DNA of 64,000 bases from a virus, in IMG/VR virus record IMGVR_UViG_3300024520_000003, positions 6,745 to 70,744 of that record; one strand, written 5' to 3'. The position numbers and the translations under genes are program-made. Below are positions 8,827 to 19,047 of the stretch, piece by piece; position 1 is the stretch's first letter, and each line of letters starts with the position of its first letter. Under the pieces are notes generated by a model. It saw only the letters and a program-made list of their open reading frames with translations. It was not told the DNA's origin and did no database searches.

Positions 8827-9699
8827 TTATGAAGGATCTTTGAAGTGAGAGAACTGGTAGACACCGGCTGGGAGTATTGATTTCATGGATTGGAGTAACA
8901 GGTCGAACACTGTTCCAGATCCAAGGTAGGGAGGGTGGGGACCACCGAAGGCGTCATCCTGTCCTGATTCAGACTCATCTTCCTGGAGGTGACCACCATA
9001 GGGTTCGTTGGCTGGTCTTGGACCTGCGTTCGGTTGAAGGTATGTCGCGGGAGATAGCTCTAACTCAGCGGTGAAGTTTATATAAACCTTACACGCATCA
9101 CTAAGAGCGGTTCGAAGTATGGTGTTCACATATTCCGGTTTATTGAAAATAGAATACTCAACGGGAAGAGTGCTTTTGGTGACTTCGTTTCCTGGAGTTG
9201 GTTCAGATATAAAAAAAGAACAGGTATTCACTTTTATCTGTTGAAGGAGGTTGAATCTGGCGAGTAGATCTCCAGACGACCAATAACCTGTCTTGATTCC
9301 CGATATGTGAACGTCATTTCCTACTATATCAACCACCATGTAATAGGTTTCTTGGATCTCAATAATCCTTCCAAGAATTGCATCATCTGGTGGACCGGCG
9401 ACGATTGTTAATTCTGTGTCTGATTTAACCAGGAACTCAGTTTCTTCATCTAATGATCTAGTGGCTTCTCTGAGAAAATTGAATAACGTCTTAAAGGTTC
9501 CACGATGGCCCATTGACCCAGCGTTGAGTGCGGCTCTCCAGGAAGGTTTATGGTATAAGTCGAGGAAAGGGATTCCATAAAAGTCACTCACACTCCGCAG
9601 CGTAGTTTTTCCCTCAAGGCGGAGAACTACTGTATCGAAAAACGCTTTAGTCGACTGGCTTATAGCTTGAAGCATCGTAAACAACTTCCTCCGGGTCAC
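8827..9699 (-). CDS. putative baseplate/tail protein (last late gene; start probably 9675)
   Basis: Position at the end of the tail module; GGAGG upstream of the ATG at 9675. Confidence 0.5.
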   Translation of the reverse strand: MTRRKLFTMLQAISQSTKAFFDTVVLRLEGKTTLRSVSDFYGIPFLDLYHKPSWRAALNAGSMGHRGTFKTLFNFLREATRSLDEETEFLVKSDTELTIVAGPPDDAILGRIIEIQETYYMVVDIVGNDVHISGIKTGYWSSGDLLARFNLLQQIKVNTCSFFISEPTPGNEVTKSTLPVEYSIFNKPEYVNTILRTALSDACKVYINFTAELELSPATYLQPNAGPRPANEPYGGHLQEDESESGQDDAFGGPHPPYLGSGTVFDLLLQSMKSILPAGVYQFSHFKDPS

Positions 9700-10540
9700 C
9701 TATCGTGAATTTCCAAACTTGATCTGAAGGACTCAATGTTAATCCAGTGAAACTAGTTGATGTCTTACCAGAATAGTCAAACCTTAAGCTTCCGACGAAT
9801 ATAGAACCAGAGTCAGTGAATCCAATAGTTGTCTCGACTGGGAGAGAACCACTTCCTGCGGGAACGTCTGACGTGATTCGGGTAACTGGATTTCCTATGA
9901 CTTTTTGAACTGATTGACCCATAGCAAGTGTCAGACATTCAAGTGGGTTTAGTTCCTCGGGTGCTGAGGGAACTATTAACATGTGAAGAAGGACTGCTCC
10001 GGTTTTATAATATGGAGGCATCCGAAGTCTGCCTCTTAGCGCCGGTCGGCATCTGTTTCTATTCACGACCGTGTATGCGTTGGGGACTGTTATCTCTTGT
10101 CCAAATCCAGGACCGTATTCGAGGATCAGGTGATAAACGCCTGGAGGACATGATGGGGATGCAAACTTAATAGTGTCTTCAGCACCTACTGGACCGTAGG
10201 GGATCAGTGAAGTCTTGCTTCCGGGTTCAGCGGAGTATAGGAAGTCCGCATCAGGGTACAGGTTATTCGTTGCTGAGTTCTTAAACCTTGCTCTGAATAC
10301 AGAGTCTGGAAATCCGTTGACGCAAACGGCCTCACATACCCACCCACCTTCATCAGGAAGAAGTCCGTTTGCAGGGAATAGAACTAAACCTGTGAATTTA
10401 TCTGAGGGTGAACCCCAGCCAGTGTCTATCTTCCCGCCGAGATATCCTACCGGGGTGGGACTGCCGTATCCCCAGTCGTAAACGACTTGACCGGTTACGC
10501 CTGGAGAGACACTGCTTGGACTGCCATATCCCCACTCCAT
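9647..10540 (-). CDS. putative virion/baseplate protein with N-terminal WGYGSP repeats
   Basis: WGYGSP twice plus GWGSP; beta-rich; tail module context. Confidence 0.5.
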   Translation of the reverse strand: MEWGYGSPSSVSPGVTGQVVYDWGYGSPTPVGYLGGKIDTGWGSPSDKFTGLVLFPANGLLPDEGGWVCEAVCVNGFPDSVFRARFKNSATNNLYPDADFLYSAEPGSKTSLIPYGPVGAEDTIKFASPSCPPGVYHLILEYGPGFGQEITVPNAYTVVNRNRCRPALRGRLRMPPYYKTGAVLLHMLIVPSAPEELNPLECLTLAMGQSVQKVIGNPVTRITSDVPAGSGSLPVETTIGFTDSGSIFVGSLRFDYSGKTSTSFTGLTLSPSDQVWKFTIGDPEEVVYDASSYKPVD

Positions 10541-10545
10541 CTATC

Positions 10546-11685
10546 TTATACATTCCTCTTGCAAATGATTGTGACTGTTCCAAAAGATGATGCGGCGTGA
10601 ACACCTCCAGCCCAGTCTTGTTGAACGTACACTGCGAGAACTTTTCTTTGTCCGATCACCGTGTTCAGGTTAGTGGCTTGTTGATAGGTCGCCGCGCCGG
10701 GGTTTGCTGGCGCGGAAGCACTTAGGGAACTGACGAGAACTGCCCCTGCATAGTCATTCACTTGCCACTGTCCTTGAGTCATCACATATAACCCGAATTT
10801 CAACTGACCACCTAAACTCGAATCACCTCCATTTCTTAAGGAGACTGAGAACTCGTTAATGGTTCCAGAGATTTCGTTTGATATGAACCCCACATGGGCA
10901 GTGTTTTCGTTCACTGTGGTTTGAGGCTGTAACATGAGTTTCCCGGGAATATACCCATTAAGAGTATTAGTCCCTTCAATATTTGCTGAGTAAACGGTGA
11001 ACTCGTTATTTAGAACCTTCGGATTGACTGGATTCAGTGGTGCTTCATCGAGAGTGACGGAGCCATTTTCAGTTGTGGTTGCGGGATCTAAGGTTTCCAC
11101 TGGGTGTTTGTGAAGTGAGACGCCTCCAGCGGTTCCATTCTGAGTGGCGTAGACATTGTTCATCAGGTTGTCTAAATGCGGTCCAGTCGATGTGACTAGC
11201 GCAACGTCTGCTATCTCATTTACGGTTCTGGTCTCAAAGTCCCCACGAAGGTCATCAAGATGTGAAGTTACTCTTCCCGCATTAACTCCCCAGTTTCTTT
11301 GACCATCAGCAAGCATCTCTAGGCTTGAGTTGGTGTATTGGACCGTAGCTACACCAAACGCACTGTCAGGAGCGAGAAGAGGGTCTGTTTCGCTTGCTTG
11401 GTTCTGGTCGTCTATTACCGTGAGAAAGACACGAACATTCCCAACCGCGTCGATATTTTGGATCGTTGGGGTTTGAAGGGTGCTTGTCTGTCCAGGGTTT
11501 CCGGTTCCATCATCGGCGAATTCTGCACTTGATGAGTTCGCCTTGGAAAGAATGAACCACGATCTGGAAGTTATCGCCGCCGCACCTGCTCCGGGTACTG
11601 ATGAATCAGATAACACCTTTGTGCCCGGGAGATTTGCTTGTTGGATTGCTCCTATTGCGTCGATCACTGCTATTGGTGCTGCCAT
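10546..11685 (-). CDS. putative tail fibre/receptor-binding protein with PKD/Ig-like N-terminus
   Basis: APIAVI...DSS...ITSRSW...VFLTVIDD PKD-like pattern; Ala/Gly/Thr/Asn-rich. Confidence 0.55.
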   Translation of the reverse strand: MAAPIAVIDAIGAIQQANLPGTKVLSDSSVPGAGAAAITSRSWFILSKANSSSAEFADDGTGNPGQTSTLQTPTIQNIDAVGNVRVFLTVIDDQNQASETDPLLAPDSAFGVATVQYTNSSLEMLADGQRNWGVNAGRVTSHLDDLRGDFETRTVNEIADVALVTSTGPHLDNLMNNVYATQNGTAGGVSLHKHPVETLDPATTTENGSVTLDEAPLNPVNPKVLNNEFTVYSANIEGTNTLNGYIPGKLMLQPQTTVNENTAHVGFISNEISGTINEFSVSLRNGGDSSLGGQLKFGLYVMTQGQWQVNDYAGAVLVSSLSASAPANPGAATYQQATNLNTVIGQRKVLAVYVQQDWAGGVHAASSFGTVTIICKRNV

Positions 11686-11696
11686 GAGGAACCTCC

Positions 11697-13427
11697 TTAG
11701 GTGGTCAACCTTGCGTTGACAGTTAGTCCCAGTGAAATATCATTTGCGAAATAGTTGTTCCCGCTTGGTAACCCACCATGATAGTCCATTATCTTGTATT
11801 CGTAATTCAGTGCTATTACAGTTGGTGACGCATCCGATGCGTTCAAGGTTCCGTATTCACTCCAGGGTGCCCAAAGGTTACCGGATGCGTTTGCAGGTCC
11901 TTCTACCCCCCAGTTTGGGGTATTGTAGACCCTTAAGGCGGGAGTCAGTGTGGCAGTTCCATCAATTAGTCCTTGCGTGTTAGTCACAGCGAGATTCACA
12001 GATACAAGTTGAACACTTCTGTCGATTCCCTTTGAGTCCTTGTAGACCGGAGGGGTATCCAGTTGAATTCTCATTTGTCCAAAATAATGCACCCAATTCC
12101 CCAGATGCAGAACATATGAATTCGCCATCCATTGAAGAATGGTCATTCCATACATCTCTTTCATGGTAGCAGTTGCCAGCCAGTCAGTATTGGGTGTCGA
12201 GCTTCCCGATCCACCACCAACCACCCAGCCATTAGCGTAGATGAAGTAGTCCTGACTTGACGGGTTTCCGTAAGCAAACTTAGGACTCTCGACAAGAGGC
12301 ATCCATGCCTCGCTCTCGGGAGACGCGATGTCGAATGTTCGTGCTTTGTAGCAGGTATCCGCATCACCGAGCATTTCAGCGACATCCCCAAGGGTAACTC
12401 TTGGAATTGAATGAAACCGGGTGTTCGTTAGGGTGTTGTCTGAATTAACACGGAGTGAATCGGGATATTTATAATAAGTGCTCGTCGAGTCAGGATCAAA
12501 GTGAAGTATCCTAGACAATTGAAGTCGGATGACATGTAACTGATGAGCTAAACCGTGAGATCCATATTGTGACGTGCAGAGAGATGAATCTGGGTGAAAG
12601 GCATCAGCACTGTCACCGAGGTACCCAACGTCCGTGAAGAGTTGGTTTTCGTCTGCCTGAACGTCGGTCACAATGGGATTCAGCGGATACTCGTCTATGT
12701 TCGTTGCGCTCCAGACTCTTTTGGTTTTTGCGTGAAGCTCGGGGGTGGCGTTGGTGTTTGGGTCTATTAAGTCCAACTGGCCGATTGTCTGATAGTAGCT
12801 AAATGCCCATATCGGAGTTAAGTCTGCCACACCTCCTGACCATTTGACTTTCCCTATCAGGCACCAGTCCCCAGAGTTGTCTGGTGCTGCTGGTGCTGCT
12901 GCCGGTGGTCCAGTGTATCCAACCACGTTGATCTCTGAGATATAAGGTCGCCGAATAGTTTCATCCGAAAACGTTACCTCGGTCCCTAAATTTGCATCCC
13001 ATTTTCGTCTAGTGTCTATGTCAGTGTCTATGTTTGACACTTTTGCAAATATGAATCCTGGTGTAGACGTCACTTGAAGAACTCCAAAATCAAACACGAT
13101 GTCGTTGATATTTCTATCGTGTCTAACGAAGACTCCCGTTCTGCCTATTGATCCAGCGCGGACATTTTGTGCTCCAGATTCAGGAACAACAGAAACACCA
13201 GCGTCGATACATTTATAGATGACGCAATCGTCGAGTCTGTATTCGTGAGGGAGTGCGTTATTGGCAGTTGATATTAGAAACCTTTCACCGACCGCTATTC
13301 CCTGACTGAGACCTATAAGACTTCCAAATGCCCTGTCCAGGTAATTGTAGATCAAGTCCTGAAGTGCATTTGCATCCGGTATGTCCAAACGCTCGTCATC
13401 GTAGAAAATTACCTTGTCTTTGCTCAT
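11697..13427 (-). CDS. putative tail fibre/baseplate protein
   Basis: 576 aa, directly after baseplate J; N-terminal attachment-like region and beta-rich C-terminus. Confidence 0.55.
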   Translation of the reverse strand: MSKDKVIFYDDERLDIPDANALQDLIYNYLDRAFGSLIGLSQGIAVGERFLISTANNALPHEYRLDDCVIYKCIDAGVSVVPESGAQNVRAGSIGRTGVFVRHDRNINDIVFDFGVLQVTSTPGFIFAKVSNIDTDIDTRRKWDANLGTEVTFSDETIRRPYISEINVVGYTGPPAAAPAAPDNSGDWCLIGKVKWSGGVADLTPIWAFSYYQTIGQLDLIDPNTNATPELHAKTKRVWSATNIDEYPLNPIVTDVQADENQLFTDVGYLGDSADAFHPDSSLCTSQYGSHGLAHQLHVIRLQLSRILHFDPDSTSTYYKYPDSLRVNSDNTLTNTRFHSIPRVTLGDVAEMLGDADTCYKARTFDIASPESEAWMPLVESPKFAYGNPSSQDYFIYANGWVVGGGSGSSTPNTDWLATATMKEMYGMTILQWMANSYVLHLGNWVHYFGQMRIQLDTPPVYKDSKGIDRSVQLVSVNLAVTNTQGLIDGTATLTPALRVYNTPNWGVEGPANASGNLWAPWSEYGTLNASDASPTVIALNYEYKIMDYHGGLPSGNNYFANDISLGLTVNARLTT

Positions 13428-14855
13428 TTAGATCACCGTGATGTTAGTTTTTTCGATTCTAAGAGAATGATCGTACTGAACATTCCAATCCGCTGGAATG
13501 GGTATTGTAATCTCAAGAGTCTCAAAATAATCAAAAACGTTAAGAATATGCTGATAGAGAAGCGATTTATGAAACGTCTGACCGGGACCCAAGGTCTTGA
13601 AGTATTCAACAATTTCAATCTTTAGCTCATCAACTGCTTGGGTGTAATCAGCACCAATGATTAGAGCTATGTTTATCTCCATCTCGGGAATGTAGGTAAT
13701 GTTTGCAGGGGATACGATTACACGGGTTCCCGATGCTCGGTAGCCTGTTTCCCTTGTCTGTTGGGATGGGTGTCCCTCTATTCTGTCTTGAAGTTCGGCT
13801 ATTGGGCCTGTGAAGACCTTGTATCCTTCAATCTTCCACTCATCACCCGGATCTAAAAGAGTTGCGTCCGGGTACAGGATTCCCCTCTCGTAGACTGAAA
13901 TCCAACGAGGAGATCCATCTGCATTTAGAGGTGCTGGTGTGAAGGCAAGGTTACCAACTTTTCTAATCTGAAGTTGACCCGATGAAATTGGTGCTCTGGC
14001 AGGGTTTTCATGAAATAGAACTACAGGTGCGCTTGTCGCAGCAGGAACCTTTCCATAGACCGGAACACCGTCTTTTTCAAACCCATCAAACCCTGTACCA
14101 TCGTCAATAGTCACATAGGTGATCCCAGGTCGTTCGGGGTCTTCAAATAGACCCGCATTTCTAACCTGTATGCCTCCCGAGCTTGTGAATCCACGGCATA
14201 GTGATTCAAGGGACTTAAGATTGCATCTTGCGAGACCTGATATGAAAGCAATCGCTCTTTTCTTCAGGGAATCATCCGACTCCCGGTCAACGCCAGAGGT
14301 CACACCAGATATCTGTTCGACTGTTATAAGCTCTTTAGGGCCTGTTTTTACCGTGTCTATACTGCCTGTAGCGCAATTGCCCACCGTTCCAGCGAAACTA
14401 GCAGTGACAGAGACGTAGGGGTCCCCAATCGCGGCTGGCCATACCGCACTTCCCGCAGGAATAGTCACATCAACGTCTTGAATGTATTCAAGCCCAGGAA
14501 GCTGGCTTCTGCCATACACGGTTCCAGCAGGAACTATAAGGTCTGCGGCTATTGGTTCAGATCTAGTCAGTTTCAGGACACTTCCCGTTGCGTTACCGGG
14601 ACCGAGTCTTACGATAGCTCCGCTTGGGAGATCTGAAACCCTTTCGTCTAAGTCAGTTCCAACCGAACCAGCAAGGGTGAATGAGTCCCTGATTTGCTTC
14701 ATTCTGAACTCAATTCCCTCAAGTTCGTCAGCAAACGCACCTAGAACGGAAAGAACCGCAGAACCTTTTGATAGATCTGAAAGACCGGACCGTGAAACCA
14801 CAGCAGAGGCTAGATCTGCTAATATTTCATCTTTTAGACGTGGTTCAAATGACAT
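13428..14855 (-). CDS. baseplate J/gp47-like wedge protein
   Basis: SDLSKGS, GTDLDER, GTVGN, GVDRESDDSLKKR motifs typical of Baseplate_J. Confidence 0.88.
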   Translation of the reverse strand: MSFEPRLKDEILADLASAVVSRSGLSDLSKGSAVLSVLGAFADELEGIEFRMKQIRDSFTLAGSVGTDLDERVSDLPSGAIVRLGPGNATGSVLKLTRSEPIAADLIVPAGTVYGRSQLPGLEYIQDVDVTIPAGSAVWPAAIGDPYVSVTASFAGTVGNCATGSIDTVKTGPKELITVEQISGVTSGVDRESDDSLKKRAIAFISGLARCNLKSLESLCRGFTSSGGIQVRNAGLFEDPERPGITYVTIDDGTGFDGFEKDGVPVYGKVPAATSAPVVLFHENPARAPISSGQLQIRKVGNLAFTPAPLNADGSPRWISVYERGILYPDATLLDPGDEWKIEGYKVFTGPIAELQDRIEGHPSQQTRETGYRASGTRVIVSPANITYIPEMEINIALIIGADYTQAVDELKIEIVEYFKTLGPGQTFHKSLLYQHILNVFDYFETLEITIPIPADWNVQYDHSLRIEKTNITVI

Positions 14856-14856
14856 C

Positions 14857-16482
14857 TCAAACCCCTATCGGTACATTCGCATTCACGCTCTGCCCACCGA
14901 CTGCATCAAGAACGCACTCTACACTGAAAGTGTCACCACCGTCTACAATAGTAAGGCTCGACACTTTCTTAATCCTCGGGTCGTCAAGCAACTGTTGCCT
15001 TGTTCGACTAAGAAGAGTTCCAGCCGATTCCAGGGTATTTCCGTCGCCGATCATCTTAGGAAGACCGTAATTTGGAAAAACTCCATGATCTCCTTGCTCC
15101 GTTTTAATCCTGACGGTTAATGCCTGCTCTAAAAGACTGGGTCCCCTAACCAAAAGAAAGTCCTCGCCACCCACTCCATCTAAAACAAAATCACCTTCAT
15201 CTGAGAGAAGGAAATCAGCACCGTAAATATCTGCCATTGTTTTGATCAGATAAGGTGAAATTCCCTCGTCCTGTGATGGAACTAAAATAATTGAACCTGG
15301 TTTAAAGGGTGAACCGTCTGGCATTTGCCACATATTTGCCATTTCATTCACCTCTAATATCTCTTTCACATAAGAAGGAGTTCCAAAGAGACGGATTGAG
15401 ATTGAGGGAATTGTGTCCCCTTCCTTGGATGTATAGGGAACATATTGACCGAAGACAATATCAGGTGATTTTTTCTTATCTAACGGAGCGACGAACTCAG
15501 AGTTCTCTGTGGGTGTGTCTGGATCACCGGCTTCCTCTATTCTTTTCAGAAGCATTCCCGCTGACGTGTATATAGATCTTCGTAACAGACCCAAGTTTGC
15601 AGCAGCGTCATAGTAGTATTTTCGGAACGCGTCGTCGTGTCTAGAACCGTACGGAAAACTCAGATATATCTGACGACCGACGACTAGAGATCTCTCTGCG
15701 ATATCGAGAACTATGCCCATCATTGAAAAAGGAACGGAAGAAAGAACCCCTGCGGATGCGCCTAACTCCCCTACCTCGTCCACGAATCCCCTGACCGCTA
15801 AGAGTGGTCCGTGTGTGAGAGACTGAAAGGCTGACGTTGCGGTCTTAGTAGCTTGATTGGCGAAAGCAATGTAGCCAGACCATGTATTGATCAATCCAGT
15901 AGCAACAGCACCAAACTTCCTTACCTTCGAGAAAACGTCATAGAGCGATGGTTTATTAGCGTCCCCGTATATCTTGAGAGATAGGGACCACTCGTAACTG
16001 AACCGGCTAGACATCGCGTTTCTCTGCCAGTTAAAGTTCTCGACATCCACCCAGAAAACCCTTTCCTCAAATAACGCACGAATAGCAAGTCTGCTCTTAT
16101 TCTCAGCATCTAAAGGAAGAAAGTTATCTTCTTTGGTTACTTTTTTATGAAAATTGTTCAAGAAATCAGACAGTTCCCTGAACAAATCTGGACCAGATGC
16201 GTACTTAGGACCACCACTAGCAGACTGACCGAGACGGTTTGAAACTCCAGATCTACCACTAAGCGTTATATTCGCGTTCCTAAGGCCGGAATGATCAATC
16301 ACAGGGAATTCACCAAGGGTCCATGCGAAATCAACAGAGTTAGGCCGATTCAGGCTCACGGACTGGACATAGGGAAGAAGCATCCCTCTTTTGAACCCTG
16401 TTGCGTCATATTCCTCAATGACATAGGCATGTCCATCAGTCAGAACGCCAAGTATTGCTAGGCTGGATAAATTAAGAGCCAT
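14857..16482 (-). CDS. baseplate protein: tube-initiator-like N-terminus + LysM + gp25-like C-terminus
   Basis: YTSKEGDTIPSISIRLFG...ILEVN (LysM-like); LEQALTVRIKTEQG...PNYGL...DPRIKKV (gp25/DUF2634-like). Confidence 0.65.
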   Translation of the reverse strand: MALNLSSLAILGVLTDGHAYVIEEYDATGFKRGMLLPYVQSVSLNRPNSVDFAWTLGEFPVIDHSGLRNANITLSGRSGVSNRLGQSASGGPKYASGPDLFRELSDFLNNFHKKVTKEDNFLPLDAENKSRLAIRALFEERVFWVDVENFNWQRNAMSSRFSYEWSLSLKIYGDANKPSLYDVFSKVRKFGAVATGLINTWSGYIAFANQATKTATSAFQSLTHGPLLAVRGFVDEVGELGASAGVLSSVPFSMMGIVLDIAERSLVVGRQIYLSFPYGSRHDDAFRKYYYDAAANLGLLRRSIYTSAGMLLKRIEEAGDPDTPTENSEFVAPLDKKKSPDIVFGQYVPYTSKEGDTIPSISIRLFGTPSYVKEILEVNEMANMWQMPDGSPFKPGSIILVPSQDEGISPYLIKTMADIYGADFLLSDEGDFVLDGVGGEDFLLVRGPSLLEQALTVRIKTEQGDHGVFPNYGLPKMIGDGNTLESAGTLLSRTRQQLLDDPRIKKVSSLTIVDGGDTFSVECVLDAVGGQSVNANVPIGV

Positions 16483-16490
16483 ATCACCTA

Positions 16491-17294
16491 CTATACAGCG
16501 TTCTTGCTGTTTGATGGAACTTCTATCACGTCCGAGACGAGTTCTGAATTATCAGGATCAACAAGAGGTTCTGACTTTACTGGAGGAGCTAAGTTCAAAG
16601 CAGTACTTACCTCGACCGACCAGTTGAACAACGCATCCATTCTTTCCTCTATCACTCTAAGGTATTCAATCAACTTAGACGCGACCACTAACCCATCATC
16701 TGAGACACCGTTAGTGGAGATCCTCAGCCTACTATTAGCCCCAAGCTGGATTCTTGCTTTCGCATCGTTCTCGGGAGTGGATTCGGGTGTGGATATTATG
16801 ACAGATCCATCTGAACCCACTATCAAAGACGCTCCATTGTTTCTGAACGTATGATCGAAAGCATAATCACCAGTATCTCTGTCCCCTGATTCAATTGCTA
16901 CGGGAGCTTCAGTCTCTTCGGTCTTTGATTCAGAGTTTCTTACGAACCCAACACAAATAGGTGCTCTTCTTCTTCCTCGCCTTACTAGAACCGCTTGTGT
17001 CGTCTTCCCGGTCTCTTCGGGGTTGACTGGGCTGGGATTGGACCCATCATTTGAAACCGCTGGACGGAAGAACCTTTCAGTGTTGTCACCGGCTGGGACC
17101 ATGATTGGCACTCTATTGAACCTTTCACCTGTAGATGGGTCATAGCAGTTTAAGTACAGTCTTCCTTCGACGTTTATATAGTCTTTGACAATGGCTATCG
17201 TGACTGCACCGTTCATTCCCATGTAGTTAGATCTAGATGAGAGATCTCCACCCTGAACCGCTGACTGACTTGGCATCCGTCCGAAATAAATCAC
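16491..17294 (-). CDS. putative baseplate central spike (gpV/gp45-like)
   Basis: OB-fold-like N-terminus followed by short beta repeats; lies between hub and wedge genes. Confidence 0.55.
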   Translation of the reverse strand: MIYFGRMPSQSAVQGGDLSSRSNYMGMNGAVTIAIVKDYINVEGRLYLNCYDPSTGERFNRVPIMVPAGDNTERFFRPAVSNDGSNPSPVNPEETGKTTQAVLVRRGRRRAPICVGFVRNSESKTEETEAPVAIESGDRDTGDYAFDHTFRNNGASLIVGSDGSVIISTPESTPENDAKARIQLGANSRLRISTNGVSDDGLVVASKLIEYLRVIEERMDALFNWSVEVSTALNLAPPVKSEPLVDPDNSELVSDVIEVPSNSKNAV

Positions 17295-17295
17295 T

Positions 17296-19047
17296 CTAAA
17301 ACTCCCCTTCCATGATATCGTGACCAGTTCTGCTTGAAAGAGTCTTAAGTGTTTGTTTTTCAGGATAAGTGAGTGGGGAAGTTCTTAACCACTCGTTACT
17401 CAAACCTCTCTCGAACTCTATGTTTGTCCTATAGGAACCAACTCCAACATCACTCATATTCGCAGTGTGAGTGACGCTTGTTACATATGCGGACATCCGG
17501 TTCATATCGAAACCCAGTGACGGGTGCATACCAAAAGTCACTGGCTGACCGTGACGAACGTCCAGTCTCATTGTCGTGGTAGCAGTACCACGCATGAAAT
17601 TATGCTGTGGAGCGAAGTATTGAGCAGCGAGGGCGGCTAAGGTTAGTGCATACGATATGAAATCAGTCCTTGCTAGGTTATCGTTTGCCATGTCGGGGAG
17701 AAACGGCCACTTGACTTGGTATTCCCTCAACCCTCGCTTGTGAAGCATTTCCATTGAAGGAATAAGGGGTAACCCTGCGGCAGATGCGTATCTCAGCGGG
17801 TTGTCGCTCGTTAGGGGTGGGTCTGCGGTGAATATAGTCTGAACCTGAGTATCATTTTTTGAAAAATCAATGTCTAAAATATCGTTCAGTTCGACCTTCG
17901 GCCCATTGTGAATGTCCCAGGTAATGTCCTCAAATAAGGTGTGGATTCTTGGGGATAGCGTTTGGCCTCGATTTAATCTCGTTCTAACATAATGAGACAG
18001 GGGTTCGGTTCTCCACGGTTTCATTCGATACATTAAAACTGGGTTTCTTCCTAACGCTTCTCCCATGACTGAACTAGCAACTCCATCCAGTCTCTGGTTC
18101 ATGCTTATTATTTGCTTCTCATGTGTAGCGTTGGATAGCCCACCCGATGGTAGATTATCGAGTGCTGGCATTATCATCGAATTATCAACACTTTCATTTC
18201 TGAGTGTGGACCCCGTGTCACCGTAATCCTCGAGTGACGGGAACATCTCCATTAATCCAGGGTCTCCCATGAATGAACCCTGAAGCAGACTCATTATTGT
18301 TTGACCACCTCCACCACCAACAGAACTTTGAATGGCAGTCAGGGTTGGTCCTGGCACTGGATCTGCATACCTTCTCACATCGTATGCTCCAGCAACGTTG
18401 ATGAACTTTCGGGGTCCTGTTGGAGTTCCAGTGTGAAGTTTCGCTGTTGTGTCGTTGAAAATAACCGGAATAGCGTCCCCAAGCCACATGGATCTGAATT
18501 TGGTAAGGGTTTTGGGTGCTCTGACTTTTCCAAGCATCTTAAAAACACCAAGAAGAGGATACCCGACTTGGTTATTAATAAATGACATTGAAAGGGTTCT
18601 CTCAACCCATTGATTGAATTCATCAATCTGAAACAAACCACCCGTGTCTCGAAGTCTATTCATCTTACCAACTTGAATCGAGGCGTTGTTGAATAGATCA
18701 AACCAGCCTATGCAATTCAGGCTAATAGAGGTCATGACTGCGCCGTTTCCAGGGTTCACAGACTGATTCATTGATACAGAGTCAATGTAACCGAAGGTTT
18801 CAGCGGGTCTATCGTAACCACCTATTCTAACCACTATCCAATTTCCAGTGACGAACGGATACTTGCTCACACTTCCTCTGGATGTCTTTAGTGTCAGTTG
18901 GATGCTTTCGTATGGGGCATTGATAGAGTTGGTCCAGCTAATAGATTTCACATGGTCTGTCAGGTGAAGGACGTATGCTTGGTCAGAGCTAGCGCCTTCT
19001 GTGACAGCGTGAAGTTCGACGAAGATCTGGTGATTTATTCTAGCCAA
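17296..19047 (-). CDS. putative baseplate hub (gp27/gpD-like)
   Basis: Follows the tape measure gene; C-terminal GTATT...VRHG...AYVTSVTH...TNIEFERG pattern. Confidence 0.65.
   Translation of the reverse strand: MARINHQIFVELHAVTEGASSDQAYVLHLTDHVKSISWTNSINAPYESIQLTLKTSRGSVSKYPFVTGNWIVVRIGGYDRPAETFGYIDSVSMNQSVNPGNGAVMTSISLNCIGWFDLFNNASIQVGKMNRLRDTGGLFQIDEFNQWVERTLSMSFINNQVGYPLLGVFKMLGKVRAPKTLTKFRSMWLGDAIPVIFNDTTAKLHTGTPTGPRKFINVAGAYDVRRYADPVPGPTLTAIQSSVGGGGGQTIMSLLQGSFMGDPGLMEMFPSLEDYGDTGSTLRNESVDNSMIMPALDNLPSGGLSNATHEKQIISMNQRLDGVASSVMGEALGRNPVLMYRMKPWRTEPLSHYVRTRLNRGQTLSPRIHTLFEDITWDIHNGPKVELNDILDIDFSKNDTQVQTIFTADPPLTSDNPLRYASAAGLPLIPSMEMLHKRGLREYQVKWPFLPDMANDNLARTDFISYALTLAALAAQYFAPQHNFMRGTATTTMRLDVRHGQPVTFGMHPSLGFDMNRMSAYVTSVTHTANMSDVGVGSYRTNIEFERGLSNEWLRTSPLTYPEKQTLKTLSSRTGHDIMEGEF

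Noticed and set aside
14482-15120. 212-aa plus-strand ORF and the many other short plus-strand ORFs
   Set aside because: They lie antisense to well-supported minus-strand genes and show no recognisable motifs.
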